From NCBI RefSeq assembly GCF_018350175.1, contig NC_058368.1, positions 175,276,001 to 175,340,000 of the forward strand: a DNA stretch of 64,000 nucleotides, in the 5' to 3' direction. The first letter of the stretch is position 1. Every line of letters begins with the position of its first letter. Positions 24,125 through 36,194 of this stretch are shown here, in pieces. The notes under the pieces are model-generated. The model had not been told where the DNA came from, did not search any database, and saw only the letters and a program-made list of their open reading frames with translations. The translations under genes were made by a program, and so were the position numbers. Source of the DNA: Felis catus (taxonomy: Eukaryota).

Positions 24125-24500
24125 AGTCCAGATCAGCTAGGTTACACTGATGTCCTTCACAGTGCCCCAAATCTCAGAGATTCAAGACAACAATGCTTTT
24201 GGCCAAGTCCAGTGGGATCCGGGCATCTTTCTAGGGGCACTGCTCTGCAACTCAGCCGTTCTCGCTTCTTTGAGCTGTGGCTTCCCCATCCTCACGCGAG
24301 GTCCCCTCCACGTCTCCTATGTGGCAAGAAGAAAGAGACCGAGAAGGACTTTTCAGTATCTTGGCCCAGAAGTGGTACTGTCACTTCCATTTCAGTTTCT
24401 CTGGCTAAGACTGGTCACATGACCCCAGCCGCCAGCAGGGGACTGAGAAAGGCAGGGTTCTGGGCTTTGAAAGGGAAGCAGAGCCGACATTGGTGAGTGG
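24125..24500 (-). mobile_element. MaLR LTR remnant (MLT1I/K-like)
   Basis: cagctaggttacactg...ccccaaatctcag...cttggcccagaagtggtactgtcacttcc...ggctaagactggtcacatgacccc. Confidence 0.55.
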
Positions 24501-26487
24501 CGGCCACCATGCCAAGGGTGCTGGTCAGTGGACAGGTATTTATGGGAGGCGAATCTGGGCAAGAAACTGAGATGTCCCGAGGGCACTCTAAGAGCAGGTG
24601 TAGGTACCCCGCGTTCTCCTGCTCCTCCCCCAACGACCCATTGTTTTGACATCCGCCAGGAATGCCGAACTTAGACCCAGGAGGGAGAAAGAGAATTTGC
24701 CTTTATCTTCAGATTCCACAGTTCTAATTAAGCTCCTGCCTTCCTCTGCCAGGGGCATGAGCACAAATCAGGAGTTTAGCCTTCAGACTCTAAATGTGTA
24801 GCGTTCTTGGATTCCCACTTCAACAAGGCAGAGATGATTAAAAAAAAATGGATTTTGCTTTATGTCAGAAAGTTCAAAACAAGTGAATTCACAGAGAGAG
24901 CTCTTGGCAAAGGCTCCAGACTCGGAATTAGACAGACCTAGGGTAGAGGATTTTAGCTCTCGCCCTGCCACTGTGGAATCTCTGTAAGATGAGCTCCCCC
25001 CACCCCCCCCCGGTCTATAATATGAAGCGATAACACAGGTCCTGCAGGGGTGTGAAGACTGGATGAAATGCGCACGTCCCCCCGGCCCCTGCCTGCACCG
25101 CTTAAGGTGTATGCCATCTCTCCTCCCTCTTCGGAGAGTTACCAGCCGACGGAGATTGTATTGGTGATACACCAGACACGTGGGTAGGACACGATGGAAC
25201 TTGGCAGAATCATATGCCGAAGGATTAACTGAGATTTTTCTTGTCCTTGCAGTTCCTTGCAGCCCTGGTCCCCACTCAATCCAAACAGCCCAGGTTGGGG
25301 GCGGGGGGCGCCCTGCGCTCCCCACCTCCGAGAAGGAATGCCAAGCAGAAGCCTTTCGGTTTTAGAACTTGAGGCCTTACAGAGAACGTGCAAAACTTCC
25401 AGACCGCACAATAAACGCAGGAGAATACATCGGTATAGACGAACTCGACCCCCACCAGCAAAGCCAGACCCGTATTGTCCAGGGGGTGGAAGGAGGGGTT
25501 GGGGCAGAAGAGAGGAGAGGTTAGAAGTCAGCGGGTCCCTTAGAGGGCTTGCTGTGGGTTCTCTCCAGAGAGGACAGAAAGTGGAATCCCCAAATCTGAT
25601 AGCGGTGGGTGCCCTGACCGATTTTCCAGGTAGAGCCCTGGGAGGTGATGACCCCCGGGGCTGGGAAGTGATGTGGTGTATTCTCAGGGGTGGCTGTGAG
25701 TAGCTCAGAGATGCGTAGAGCTTTTCCTCGAGAGTGGTGGATGACGGTGGCCTCAGTCTTCCCCCTCGCTACCTCCACCAGAGGCCAGGCTTGCAAGATG
25801 GCACCCATTGTACCCTGCTGATTTGTAGGTGGCAGGGCACCAAAGAAGGGCTTTGGTGGTGGGAGGGCGTGTCCAGTGCCAAGAAGGGCTGGGGACGGGT
25901 CCGCTTCTTCCAGGGCAGCCGCAGGGCCACGTGGCAGGCGGCATAGACAGTCGTCCATTTCCACTGCGTGAGTCCTAGGGTGGTCAGGATTTCTGCTGGC
26001 TGTGTTGCGCCCGGATGTGAGGCACCTAACTGGGTTCTCAGGTCTTCCTAGAGATGGTGTGCAAAGGTACCCCTTCTGATAAATCCCGCTCGGCTTGACC
26101 TGCTAGAGTGGATTCTGTCCCGGGGGGCAACTGGGACCCTGACTGGCACCATGACTAAGCGGGAGCTCAGGTGACCGACGGTGGGAACAAGGACGTCGCA
26201 GTAAGTGCCAGCAGAGGCCAACGGGAGGACCAGAGGAGCACTTCGTCGTCACACCGTTCCCCCTCTCCGCTGTGACGTGACTCCGGGGCAAGGAACGGCC
26301 GCTGCCTTACCTGTGGTCGCCCTTCCCCCACCCGTCAGACTGGTAACTCCAAGGAGACAGCAAATGGTCACACACGATTACAGGAAGTCGTGTTCAACTG
26401 CCGCTCCATCAGTGGTCTGAGACTTAGACCCCAAAATGATGCTCGGGTTCCCAAAGAACAGGCTAAGTAAAGATTTCTACGTCTCTG

Positions 26488-27240
26488 CCTCACACCCTTA
26501 AGGTGGCGTCTATTAAACACAAAAACCAAGCAAAACACAGAACATAAAAGGTAATGGCGAAAAATGGGGAGAAACTGGAATCTTCATGCATCGCTGGGAG
26601 GACCATAAAATGGTCCAGCTGCTGTGGACTTCGGCGTCGCCATTCCTCGAACAATTAAAGCTAGAACCACCATATGGTCCAGCAACCCCACTTCTGGGTA
26701 TGTGCCCAAAAGAATGAAAAGCAGGATTTTAAAGAGATGTTCGTACACCCCATGTGCATAGCAGCGTTACGCACAACGGCCAAGAGGTCAAAGCCGCCCG
26801 AGCGTCCGGTGACAGAGGACTAGCTAAAGAAAAGGTGGCAGGTACGTGCAAAAATGGAATATTATTTAGCATCGAAGAAAAAAAAAAGAAAGAAGGCATT
26901 CTGCCACCTGCCACAGCTTGGATGAACCTTGAGGACGTTATGCTGAGTGAAACAAGCCAGACACAAAGAGGCAGATGTCGCATGATGGTTCTTGGAAAAG
27001 AGAGGAGCCACACTCAGAGAGGCAGAAAGCACAGCAGTGGTTTCCAGGGCAGGGGGGTGAGACTGGGGAGACGTTGAAGGGCACAGTTTCTGTTTTACAA
27101 GGTGAAGAGTGTTCTGGGGACGGGTGCGGGTGACAGCTGCACAGCAGTGTGAATACACTTAATAACCACTGAACTGGGTACTGAAAAATAGTGAAGATGC
27201 TAAGCGTTATGTTACGTGTATTTCCCCACAAATAAAACCG
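26488..27240 (+). mobile_element. L1MB-like 3' region (ORF2 end + 3' UTR)
   Basis: catatggtccagcaaccccacttctgggtat...ggatgaaccttgaggacgttatgctgagtgaaacaagccagacacaaa...ccactgaactg...gttatgttacgtgtatttccccacaaataaaa. Confidence 0.85.
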
Positions 27241-27287
27241 AAAGAAGAAAAGGTTATCTAAACTGTCCGTCGAGAGTGGCTAGCTAT

Positions 27288-27677
27288 GGGGCGCCTGGGT
27301 GGCTCAGTTGATTAAGCATCGGACTCTCCTTTTGAATGTTTATTTTTGAGAGAGAGAGAGAGAGAGAGCACAGGATGGGCAGAGAGAGAGACACACACAT
27401 ACTGAATCGGAAGCAGGCTCCAGGCTCTGAGCAAGCGGTCAGCACAGAGCCTGATGTGGGGCTCGAACCCACAAACTGTGAGATCATGACCTGAGCCGAG
27501 GTCAGACGCTTAACCAGCTGAGCCACCCAGGCGCCCCACATCTGACATCTTGATGATGGCTCGGGTCATGATCTCACAGTTCGTGAATTCAAGGCCCCGG
27601 GTCGGGCTCTGCACTGAGCATAGAGCCTGCTTGGGATTCCCTCTCTCTCTCTCTGACCCCCTCTTGCTCACACACAC

Positions 27678-27711
<34 letters not shown>

Positions 27712-27743
27712 AAAATAAATAAATATTCAAAAAGCGAGACAGA
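27288..27743 (+). mobile_element. Can-SINE (older) split by an inverted SINE
   Basis: Head 27288-27327, remainder from 27539; outer TSD gagag(tg/ca)gctagcta at 27272 and 27744. Confidence 0.92.
27329..27537 (-). mobile_element. Can-SINE (SINEC_Fc) nested in another SINE
   Basis: Full-length; flanked by duplicated host sequence catcggactct / catctgacatct. Confidence 0.93.
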
Positions 27744-28513
27744 GAGAGCAGCTAGCTAGAATCCCAGAGTACTGGCACTGACCAAGTCATCAGAGGTCAC
27801 CTCTATCCCCAGAGGGGAGATCTGAGGCGCAGGGAAGGGAGGGGACAGACATTATCATTCAGGCCTGTGCTCCTTCTCCTCTCCCTCTCTCGCCCCTGCA
27901 GTGTGACAGACACCCAGGGGACTGACATGCTGTCCCCACCCTGGGATGCTCTCTTCTGCCTTGCCAGGCTCTGCTCTGGCCCCTGGCTGCTGGGTCGTTG
28001 ACGATGACTCACGGACCAGGCCAGAACTGGAAGCAGCAGGCGCAGGCACTAATTAGATCTTCTCAGTCCTAAAAGGATGGGTCGGAGCCCTGTTCTTCAG
28101 ACGGTCGCCTGCGAAGACACGCCATCGTGCAAATGAAACAGCCACCTCTACCAAGCTCTTACTGCGTGCCAGATCTGTAGGCCCGTTGTCACCTCTACTC
28201 CCACCCTGCCCTGCAAAGCCGATGCTGTTATTACGTCATTCCAGAAACATGGAGCAACTCATCCAAAGCCTCACGGCGGATGGGGAACACGGCCGGGTAC
28301 TCTGCGGGGTCAGAGCGACTGTTAGAATGTTAGAGTCAGGGTATCCTTAGAGATCACTGTATCCACTCTTCTTTGAGGCCAAGAAAGGTTGAGAGGCCTC
28401 CAATTTATGGCGGAAGTGAGAGAGAACCCAGGCATCAGACCATCCGCTCTGCTGAACGGCCTTGGCCTTAGATATATAAGACCCTGAAAATCTCCTTGGT
28501 GGCTCAAGTCAGT

Positions 28514-28577
28514 TCCTTCTTAGGATCCAAACTGAGGTCTTCTGGATCCTTCTTAGGATCCAAACTGAGGTCTTCTG
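28514..28577. repeat. 33-bp-period tandem duplication (tccttcttaggatccaaactgaggtcttctg)
   Basis: Identical 31-bp copies at 28514 and 28547, separated by ga. Confidence 0.95.
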
Positions 28578-28754
28578 CCAGGGAATACCCTCAAATCTCT
28601 CAGACTTGCCTCAAGCCGCTGACGATAGCTAAGTACTTACAGTCATGTGCGAAGAAGGGCTCATTACCTCCGTTTTGCAGATGTGGCAACAGGTTTCTGA
28701 GAGGTGACCCCCCCCCCCCCCCGGCCTTGCCCAGGACGCCAGCCAGTGGATGCG

Positions 28755-29136
28755 TGTATTATTTTGCTAGGGCGGCTGTAGCAAAGTACCAGAGACTTGG
28801 TGGCTGAAAACAACAGAAATTTATCTTATTTGTAGTTCTGGAGGTTATAAGTCCAGAATCAAGATGTAGGCGGGTTGTTTCTTCCTGAGGTTTATGACGG
28901 AAAATCCATTCCAGACTTCTCTCCTCGGCTTTATAGATGGCTGTCTTCCCTCTGCACATACCTCTGGGCCCAAGTTTCCCCTTTTATAAGGACACCAGGC
29001 ATGTTGAATGAGGGTCCACACCGATGGCCCCGTTTTAATGGAATCACCTCTTTAAAAACCCTATCTCCAAATACAGTCCCATTCTGAGATACTGGAGGTT
29101 GTATGAATTTGAGGAAAACACAATTCAACCCCTAAC
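28755..29136 (-). mobile_element. MLT1A/B-like solo LTR
   Basis: tgtattattttgctagggcggctgtagcaaagtacca...aaaccctatctccaaatacagtcccattctgagatactggaggtt...aattcaacccctaac. Confidence 0.85.
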
Positions 29137-29454
29137 GGTGAGAACGCTTTGGAGGCCAGGTACGGGAACTGTGAAAGCCTGGGCTCTCTCCTCCACCACC
29201 TACAGCCTCCATGCCAAAGTCGAGGCCAGTGGTTGATCTCCCACGAAGGTTTCACCGATGAGTTATGAGCAGATCCTGACCGCTCTTCCCAGAAGCACGG
29301 AAAAGGCAACCATCCAAATGGGTGACACCCCATCTACCTCTGCAGCTCCTCTCAAACCTCGCCATCAAGTTACAGAGAGATCCACAGAGAAAGGGGCTCA
29401 GATAATTCTAAAAAAAAAAAAAAAAGGCGAAAACATTCTGGATCTTACTTGTGG

Positions 29455-30370
29455 TAAAAGATAAAAAAAGCTCGACAAGCTATTTTCACCAAACAAATCG
29501 AAAAAAATCAAGAAGCTAGAAGTTAGATAATACCCGGTGCTGGTGATGCTGGGGGGAGACAGACACACACGTGTATCGCTGGTGGGAGTATGTAACGGTA
29601 CACCCTCCAGGGAGTGACTTTGGGCTCTACCTGCTGGCATCACAAATTCATGCTCCAAACGTATCCAGAAATTACACTTGTAAGGATCTATCTACAGCTC
29701 TGCCACCACACTTACACGAAACAAAACGGGAACGCGGTGTTGGATTTCAGCATCGTGCTAGCAGCAGGTTCCCCCAACCTAAGTGCCCATTAAGAGGATA
29801 CCGTTGAAATCAATTGTGGTTACAGCCGTACAATGGACTACAACCCTAAAGGAGAATAAGCAAATTATTTATGAACTGACGTGAACAAAAAAAGTAGAAA
29901 AGGAAAGCCACAGCGTAGGAGAGAATGCAAAATAGGCTATCATTTGTGTGCAAACCTAATATATATTTATACGTTTGCACGCACACAGAGCACGTGTGGA
30001 TTGTCACACACAAAAAGCCAGTGTGAGGGGCACCTGGGTGGCGCAGTCGGTTAAGTGTCTGACTTCAGCCAGGTCACGATCTCGCGGTCCGTGAGTTCGA
30101 GCCCCGCGTCGGGCTCTGGGCTGATGGCTCAGAGCCTGGAGCCTGTTTCCGATTCTGTGTCTCCCTCTCTCTCTGCCCCTCCCCCGTTCATGCTCTGTCT
30201 CTCTCTGTCCCAAAAATAAATAAACATTGAAAAAAAAATTTTTTTTAAATAAAAAAAAAAAGCCAGTGTGAGTTGTTACTTTCTGGGAAGGAAGTGAGAT
30301 GGCTGGGGAGGGGGAGGGGGGCAGGGAAGGGGCCTGAAAGGCACATTTTAAATCCGTTCGGCAGGCAAGA
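29455..30370 (+). mobile_element. Old L1ME-like 3' remnant
   Basis: gataatacccggtgctggtgatg...gctggtgggagtatgtaacggtaca...caacctaagtgcccattaagagga...caatggactac; contains a SINE. Confidence 0.6.
30027..30256 (+). mobile_element. Can-SINE (young SINEC_Fc subfamily)
   Basis: TSD aaaaagccagtgtga at 30012 and 30257. Confidence 0.97.
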
Positions 30371-32003
30371 ATTAGTTATCTTAAAACATATGCAATCACA
30401 AAGAAATGTCTTACTGTCAAACTATGGGCCCCATTTGGTGGCTTATTCCTCCAGGCAAGACTTGAGCCTTTTAATAGTTTCCCAAATAAATTCAATTAAT
30501 TTTTATTCGCATTTAATGAATCCAAATTAAACCAGTACCGGCGGGGGGAGAGAGAGGGGGGAAAGCTTAGTACAAAGAAGCCACACAGATCAAAAGTCAT
30601 TCCTTTTCCCAGCCCTCTCCCTGCAGGAGGCAGAGTTAACCCCTCCCTCTCCAGCACACCGCGATCTGGACCATAGAGAGTGACAGCCATCCGTCAGCGG
30701 GTCTCAGAGGCAATGTGGCTCTCAGACAGGCTTTGGCACTGGACAAACACGGCTGGGAATCCTGGTCTGGTTGTGCCCAAGCTGTGTGCCTCTGGGGGTC
30801 TGCCCGCCTCTCTGTGGCTCCCTTTCCTACGTGGTGGGGAGGGGGACATCATCGCTTGCTTTCTATGCTTGTGGTCAGGTGGAGTCAGGGAAGGGCCAAG
30901 CACAAGGCCAGCCGCCAACTGGGCCTTCTGCCAGGACCATTTCTGCTCAAAGTTTTCACCTGCTCTGACCACCTGTGCTGTGCCAGGTGCTGGGAGACAC
31001 CAGAGCAAGGCGAGTCCTGGCTGTCACAGAGCTTGCGTTTGAGACCCTTGGTGGCTGACCTTACCGCCATCACTGCTTGCGTGCGCACGCACAGCCTCTG
31101 CGGCACTCCGTTTCCTGCCTTGGCCTTTCTACTGACCCTCTGATGTCAGCACAGGCTCTGGACCTGGCACAGGGTCCCTGCTCAGAAAGGCCTGCTGAGA
31201 ACAGCGGTAAGAAGCACATGGGACACCTGCTTCCCCCTTGGCCCGCCTCTCCAGGTTGCAAAACGACACAGCAGAACGGAACCCCAGCAAGCTCCCTTCA
31301 CACCCCATCGGGCAGCTGGAGCAGGAGCCTTGAGAGGTCTGCGGTCATGATTTCTTGGTAAGTGCTGGCGTAGACTCCTCAGATGGAGAAAACTGGCTTC
31401 TCAGCCCATGAGCCTCCCGTAAGAGAAGCCAAAGGAGCCCCCCCCCCCCGGCTTCAGAGCGCCATGGGAGGCCCTGCACCATCCACCATCAGTGCTCTGC
31501 TGGAGGTGGCCCTCACAGAAGGGGCCAGGTAGCCAGCTTGGGTGGAGCAGGCAGAACACCACATTCCTGAGGCCAAAAAGAAAAGAGAAGGTTGGGTCCA
31601 TGAGGACACATTCTCTGCGTGGCTATTTTGGGGCTTTTGGCATTTGTAAAAAATCTCCAAAGTCTATAATTCCGTAATTAAGAGTTCCCTCCCACACGTT
31701 ATGACGTCTCTAAGACAATGCAGAGAGAACGGAGACGCTGGGCCCAGTTAGAGGCTCGGTAGACGTCAGGAGGAGTGGTTTGAGTACTGAGCAAACCCCT
31801 GTCGGCCCTTCCTTATCTATCCACATGGGGCTGCGGGGGTCGTAGTCGCGGAACTGGCTGGCGGATCTGCAGAGACTCGGGCCAGAATAATGAAAGCTTT
31901 CATATTAATGCAGCTCGTATTTACGTGAAAGAAAGAAAAGTGACCATGAGACAGATCGAGAGAAGAAACCTACATTTTGGTCACCTATCGTTTGTCAGGT
32001 GCG

Positions 32004-32235
32004 TTATTTATTTTTTTTTTTAAATTTTTTTTAGTGTTTATTTATTTTTGAGACAGAGAGAGACAAAGCATGAGCAAGGGAGGGGCAGAGAGAGAGGGAG
32101 ACACAGAATCCGAAGCAGGCTCCAGGCTCTGAGCCGTCAGCCCAGAGCCCGACGCGGGGCTCGAACTCACGAACTGTGAGATCATGACCTGAGCCGAAGT
32201 CGGACGCTTAACCGACTGAGCCACCCAGGCGCCCC
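32004..32235 (-). mobile_element. Can-SINE (SINEC_Fc)
   Basis: TSD tgtcaggtgc at 31993 and 32236. Confidence 0.97.
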
Positions 32236-32532
32236 TGTCAGGTGCTTTAAAAGCATCCCTCTCATTGGCGCAAAATCACCCTCTCATTTTAGACTTGGGG
32301 ATACCAAAGCTTGGAAAAATAGGGTAAATGAGCCCAGTTCCACAGGGAGGAATGGAGGTCGCAGCCGAAGGGCCATGTCAGCTGCGGAAGCCCAGGCTCA
32401 TCTCAGGGGGACACGGGCAGCTGTGTTCCCTCTGTGCATTCAGACCCCACCGAGGGGTTTGCCTCCTACTGACGAGGACACGGAGTTCTGATGTCCTGGT
32501 GGCTCTGAAATCGCTTGGTTTTTTTTGCCTAT

Positions 32533-32678
32533 TCTCCTCCTCCTCCTCTTCCTCCTCCCCTTCCTCCCCCTCCTCCTCCCCTTCTCTTCCTACTTCTTTT
32601 CTTCTCCTTGTCTCCTCCTCCTCCTCCTCCTCCTCCTCCTCCTTCTCCTCTCCCTTCTTCTTCTTCTTCTTCTTCTTC
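32533..32678. repeat. Compound (CCT)n/(CTT)n polypyrimidine microsatellite
   Basis: direct reading. Confidence 0.95.
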
Positions 32679-32778
32679 AAGATTTTATTAAGTAATCTCT
32701 ACACCCAACATGGGACTCAAACCCACAACCCCGAGAGCAAGACTTGCATGTTCTACCGACTGAACCAGCCAGGAACCT
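32679..32778 (-). mobile_element. Short tRNA-derived carnivore SINE lacking the CT region
   Basis: Minus strand: cctggctggttcagtcggtagaacatgcaagtcttgctctcggggttgtgggtttgagtcccatgttgggtgtagagattacttaataaaatctt. Confidence 0.85.
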
Positions 32779-33324
32779 CTATTCTTGGATGATAAAGTGC
32801 ATCTGGCCTGGCAGGCTGTGTCATCCAAGAGGGACAGGACGCTCTCCTGTGCCGGGTCCCTGAACCAGGCATCGAGGAGGCAGAGATGAAGAAGAAGCAG
32901 CCTCGGCCCTCAATGGACTGGGCGGGTGGACCGAATTGGTCTCGGAGCCGAGAAGACCCAGGTCTGATGCCCACCCTGGGCACCAGCAGCCATGTGACCC
33001 TGGGCCAACCCCCTTATTCCTTCATGCCCACGTTGCCTACAGACATCGGGTATAATAATATCCTGTAAGGTTGCTTCAAGGGTTAAATGAGATGGTGTAC
33101 TTAGGGTTCTGGCATACGGTGAGTGCTTAATCTTAATCTTACCATATGGCCGGTGGCCAGTCTTACTGTTAAAAAGATATGCTTGCCCAGCCTCCCAACG
33201 GTGTCGAACTTTAGAAAATACACTGCATTATAGGTGAACAGAAATTCAGATTCTGGGCTGGTGACACCCAGGGGTAAGACATTCAACCCAGAGGCCGGGT
33301 GGGAAGGAAGAGGGGAGAAATCAG

Positions 33325-33450
33325 ACTATTCCTGTTCTCCCGAATTCATGTGCTGGAACCTCACTCCCAATGTGATGGTTGTAGGGGGTGGAGCTTTGGG
33401 AGGTGATGGACGGCAGAGCCCTCCGGAACGGGGTTAGTTCCATTAGGAAA
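33325..33450 (+). mobile_element. MLT1A-like LTR 5' fragment
   Basis: aattcatgtgctggaacctcactcccaatgtgatggttgtagggggtggagctttgggaggtgat. Confidence 0.6.
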
Positions 33451-33689
33451 TTATAAGCCACCCGGTCTGCGGTCTCTGGTAGAGCAGCTGGAACGGAGAC
33501 AAGTCTCAACATGTCTTTACTATTTGATTTGGCCAATTTGTCTGGAAGCTTGGGATCTGGCGTGTTACGTCGCTTGGAGCTCATGATCATCCGTGAGGTG
33601 GGAATCGTTATCTTGTCCATTTGACAGGTGGAGGGACTGAGGCTCGGACACGTAAAAGTCACCCAGCCGTCAGCGGCACAATTGTTCAG

Positions 33690-33900
33690 TGATGCATTCG
33701 CCCATTCGATCAACAAATACTGAGCGGGGCCCCTCCTGTGTGCCAGGCTCTGTGCTAATGGCCGGTGTGCCAAACTCTCTTTGTTACAAGACAGACCCAG
33801 CGCCTGCCCTCAGGATGCTTACAGCCTAGTGAGGGAGCCAGACGTGTACGGAATACTCACGGAGGATCACATAGTTGCAAACTGTGAGAAGTACCCTAAA
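33690..33900. mobile_element. L2 3' remnant
   Basis: cattcgatcaacaaatactgagcg...tgtgtgccaggctctgtgcta...cctgccctcaggatgcttacagcctagtgaggg. Confidence 0.7.
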
Positions 33901-34030
33901 AAGCCAAGCAGATGTTGGCACTCATCAGAACAGAATTGGAGTCACCAGGGAAAGGGGCCGGGTGGGGAGATACTTCCAAAGAGGAGGGAACCCCGGCACA
34001 AGGTCTTATCTGATCAAGAATGAATCTCTT

Positions 34031-34155
34031 GGGGACGTCTGGGGAGCTCAGTCGGTTAAGCATTGCACTCTTGACTTCGGCTCAGATCATGATCTCCGGT
34101 TTCATGAGATGGAGCCCCACGTCGGGCTCTGCGCTGGGCATGGAGCCTGCTGGGG

Positions 34156-34192
<37 letters not shown>

Positions 34193-34244
34193 GCCCCTCC
34201 CCTGCTTGTGCGCGCGCACACGCGCTCGCTTTTGAGAAAAGGAA
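34031..34244 (+). mobile_element. Can-SINE (older, diverged)
   Basis: TSD aagaatgaatct at 34016 and 34245. Confidence 0.92.
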
Positions 34245-36194
34245 AAGAATGAATCTTCTGGTTCCCAAGGTGGAACTGATGGCCTCCCAGCCGCCTGTAA
34301 GATCTCATACAGCCTCCCAGCTGCCTCAGACTTCCTGGGGAGGAAGATGGGGGTTCCTAGTCGAAGAGGTGAGTCTCTCCCTCTGCAGTCAGCAAGATGT
34401 CTCGCGGCAGCCAGAGTCCCGTGGGGGGGAAGGTTTTCCACGTCAGCAAAGAGGTGTGGAGGCCACATTAAGGAGGGTGCGTCTAACCGCTGTAGGCCAC
34501 GCATGAGTGATGCCATCAGCCAGTGAACATTCTGAGATTTTCACAGAGGCTAGGCAGTGATGAGAGCACGAATGACCTTTCACCCTCGTAAAAACACACG
34601 TCAAAAGTCAGTCAACCCCAGCCCCGTGGCCATATGCAAACAGCTGGAGGTGCCTCAGCCCCTGAGTTCTGTTGGTTTCAACCACTTTAGAGGCCTGGCA
34701 ACTAGAGAAAGAAGGTATCATTTACTTGGGGCGGCTCCCAAAGCAAGGAGAGGGTTCCTGAATTCTTGCACCAAGAGGACCAGCGCGGGAGACACCCGAG
34801 CTATCTCAGACCGAAAGTCAGGTTCAGGTAGAATCGGGAGACACCGGCAGGAGCCGGCCATGCAGTGAACGGAAGATTCTGATCTTTACCCTAAAACTGC
34901 TGGGGCGACTGAAGGCATTTAAGGGGAAGTGGCATGGTCCGGTGCCTGCTTTGAGAAGAGATCTCTGCAGCTCTGGGAAGTCGTACCGGGCAGGGGCGTG
35001 TGGGGAGCAGAATGTGGGCACAGGAAGAGGGCACCGGCGGTGAAATGAAGGATCTACGGGAGCGGGGGTGGAAAACACCACGGGCAGGCCACAGGATCTG
35101 GCCCACTTCCTCTCCCAAGCGGGCCACGCCAAGCCACATTTTCTCATAGGGTCCCAGTATCCGGGCAGAGCATCTCGACTGCTGAGAACAGGACCGAGAG
35201 CTTTGTTTGAACACTGGGCACTGACTAGAGGAGCTGATGACCGTGAACAGATTTTGAAATCTAAGTGTCTCCAAGATGAAACAAGCCGGAAGCAGAGACG
35301 TGGGGGTGGGTTGGGGGAGCGGGGAGGGAGCCTCCAAGAGGGGCCAAAGATGCGTGTGTTTCCCTCTGTGCATTATAAACCTCAAGCAGTAGAGTGGAAG
35401 TAATAATCAAACTCGGGTTTTATAATCAGAGCGCCCCCTTCTTTCTTCTGTTATGGAGGTGACTGCCCCCCCCCCCCGCCCCGTCATACAATTTGATGTG
35501 AACATCCCTTAACTGATCACCGGACAGCCCATCACGAGAGAACAGAGGACACATGTATCCAATTCTTGGCTTTTGAATTTCTAAATAACAAATAATCTAT
35601 AAAATACAGAGGAACGGCCAGGGCCCGTTGCCCCCCTCCCGAAGCTTCCACACCAGTGGCGGGAGGTGACAGGCAAGGAAAACAAAGGACACCGGTTGAA
35701 AGAGAGACGAGGACAGGAAGGCCAACCCAGGGGTCGCTGGCAGAAGCTGGGTCGGCCTGGGAGGCCACCTACTTGCACTCCCCTGGGGCTTGCTCTGCAC
35801 GACAGCCTGCCCAGTTTCTGGAGCAGTGGGCACCATTGGAGGTCACCATCAAGAAGCTGCTCATGAGACCGAAAAGTGCCTGTCACCCACAGCCCTCACA
35901 GAGCCCATGAACACCTGCGTCGGCCCCCACCCAACTCGCCTGGGCAGGCCACTACCCCCGCGACCTCCTGGACCCCCCCTGAGCACCCCTCCCAAGATGA
36001 AGGAGGTTGTGCTAAGGACCCAAAAGTCCCTCCTTCCATGCACGGAAGGATCAGGGGCCTCCTCTCCACACAGAACTGACTTCCTAACTCATCGGGCTTG
36101 GGGGCTTGGGGGCTTGGGGGTTTTTGCATCGTGGAGTCAAATTACATCTGTTGACCTGAGACGGGGCTTCCCCCACCCCCACCCCCACCCCCGC

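Noticed and set aside
32378..32680. 100-aa Lys/Glu-rich ORF
   Set aside because: It is a reading of the GAA/GAG microsatellite.
32679..32778. tRNA-like sequence with A and B boxes
   Set aside because: It has a SINE-type 3' extension, tail and flanking repeat; a tRNA-derived SINE, not a tRNA gene.
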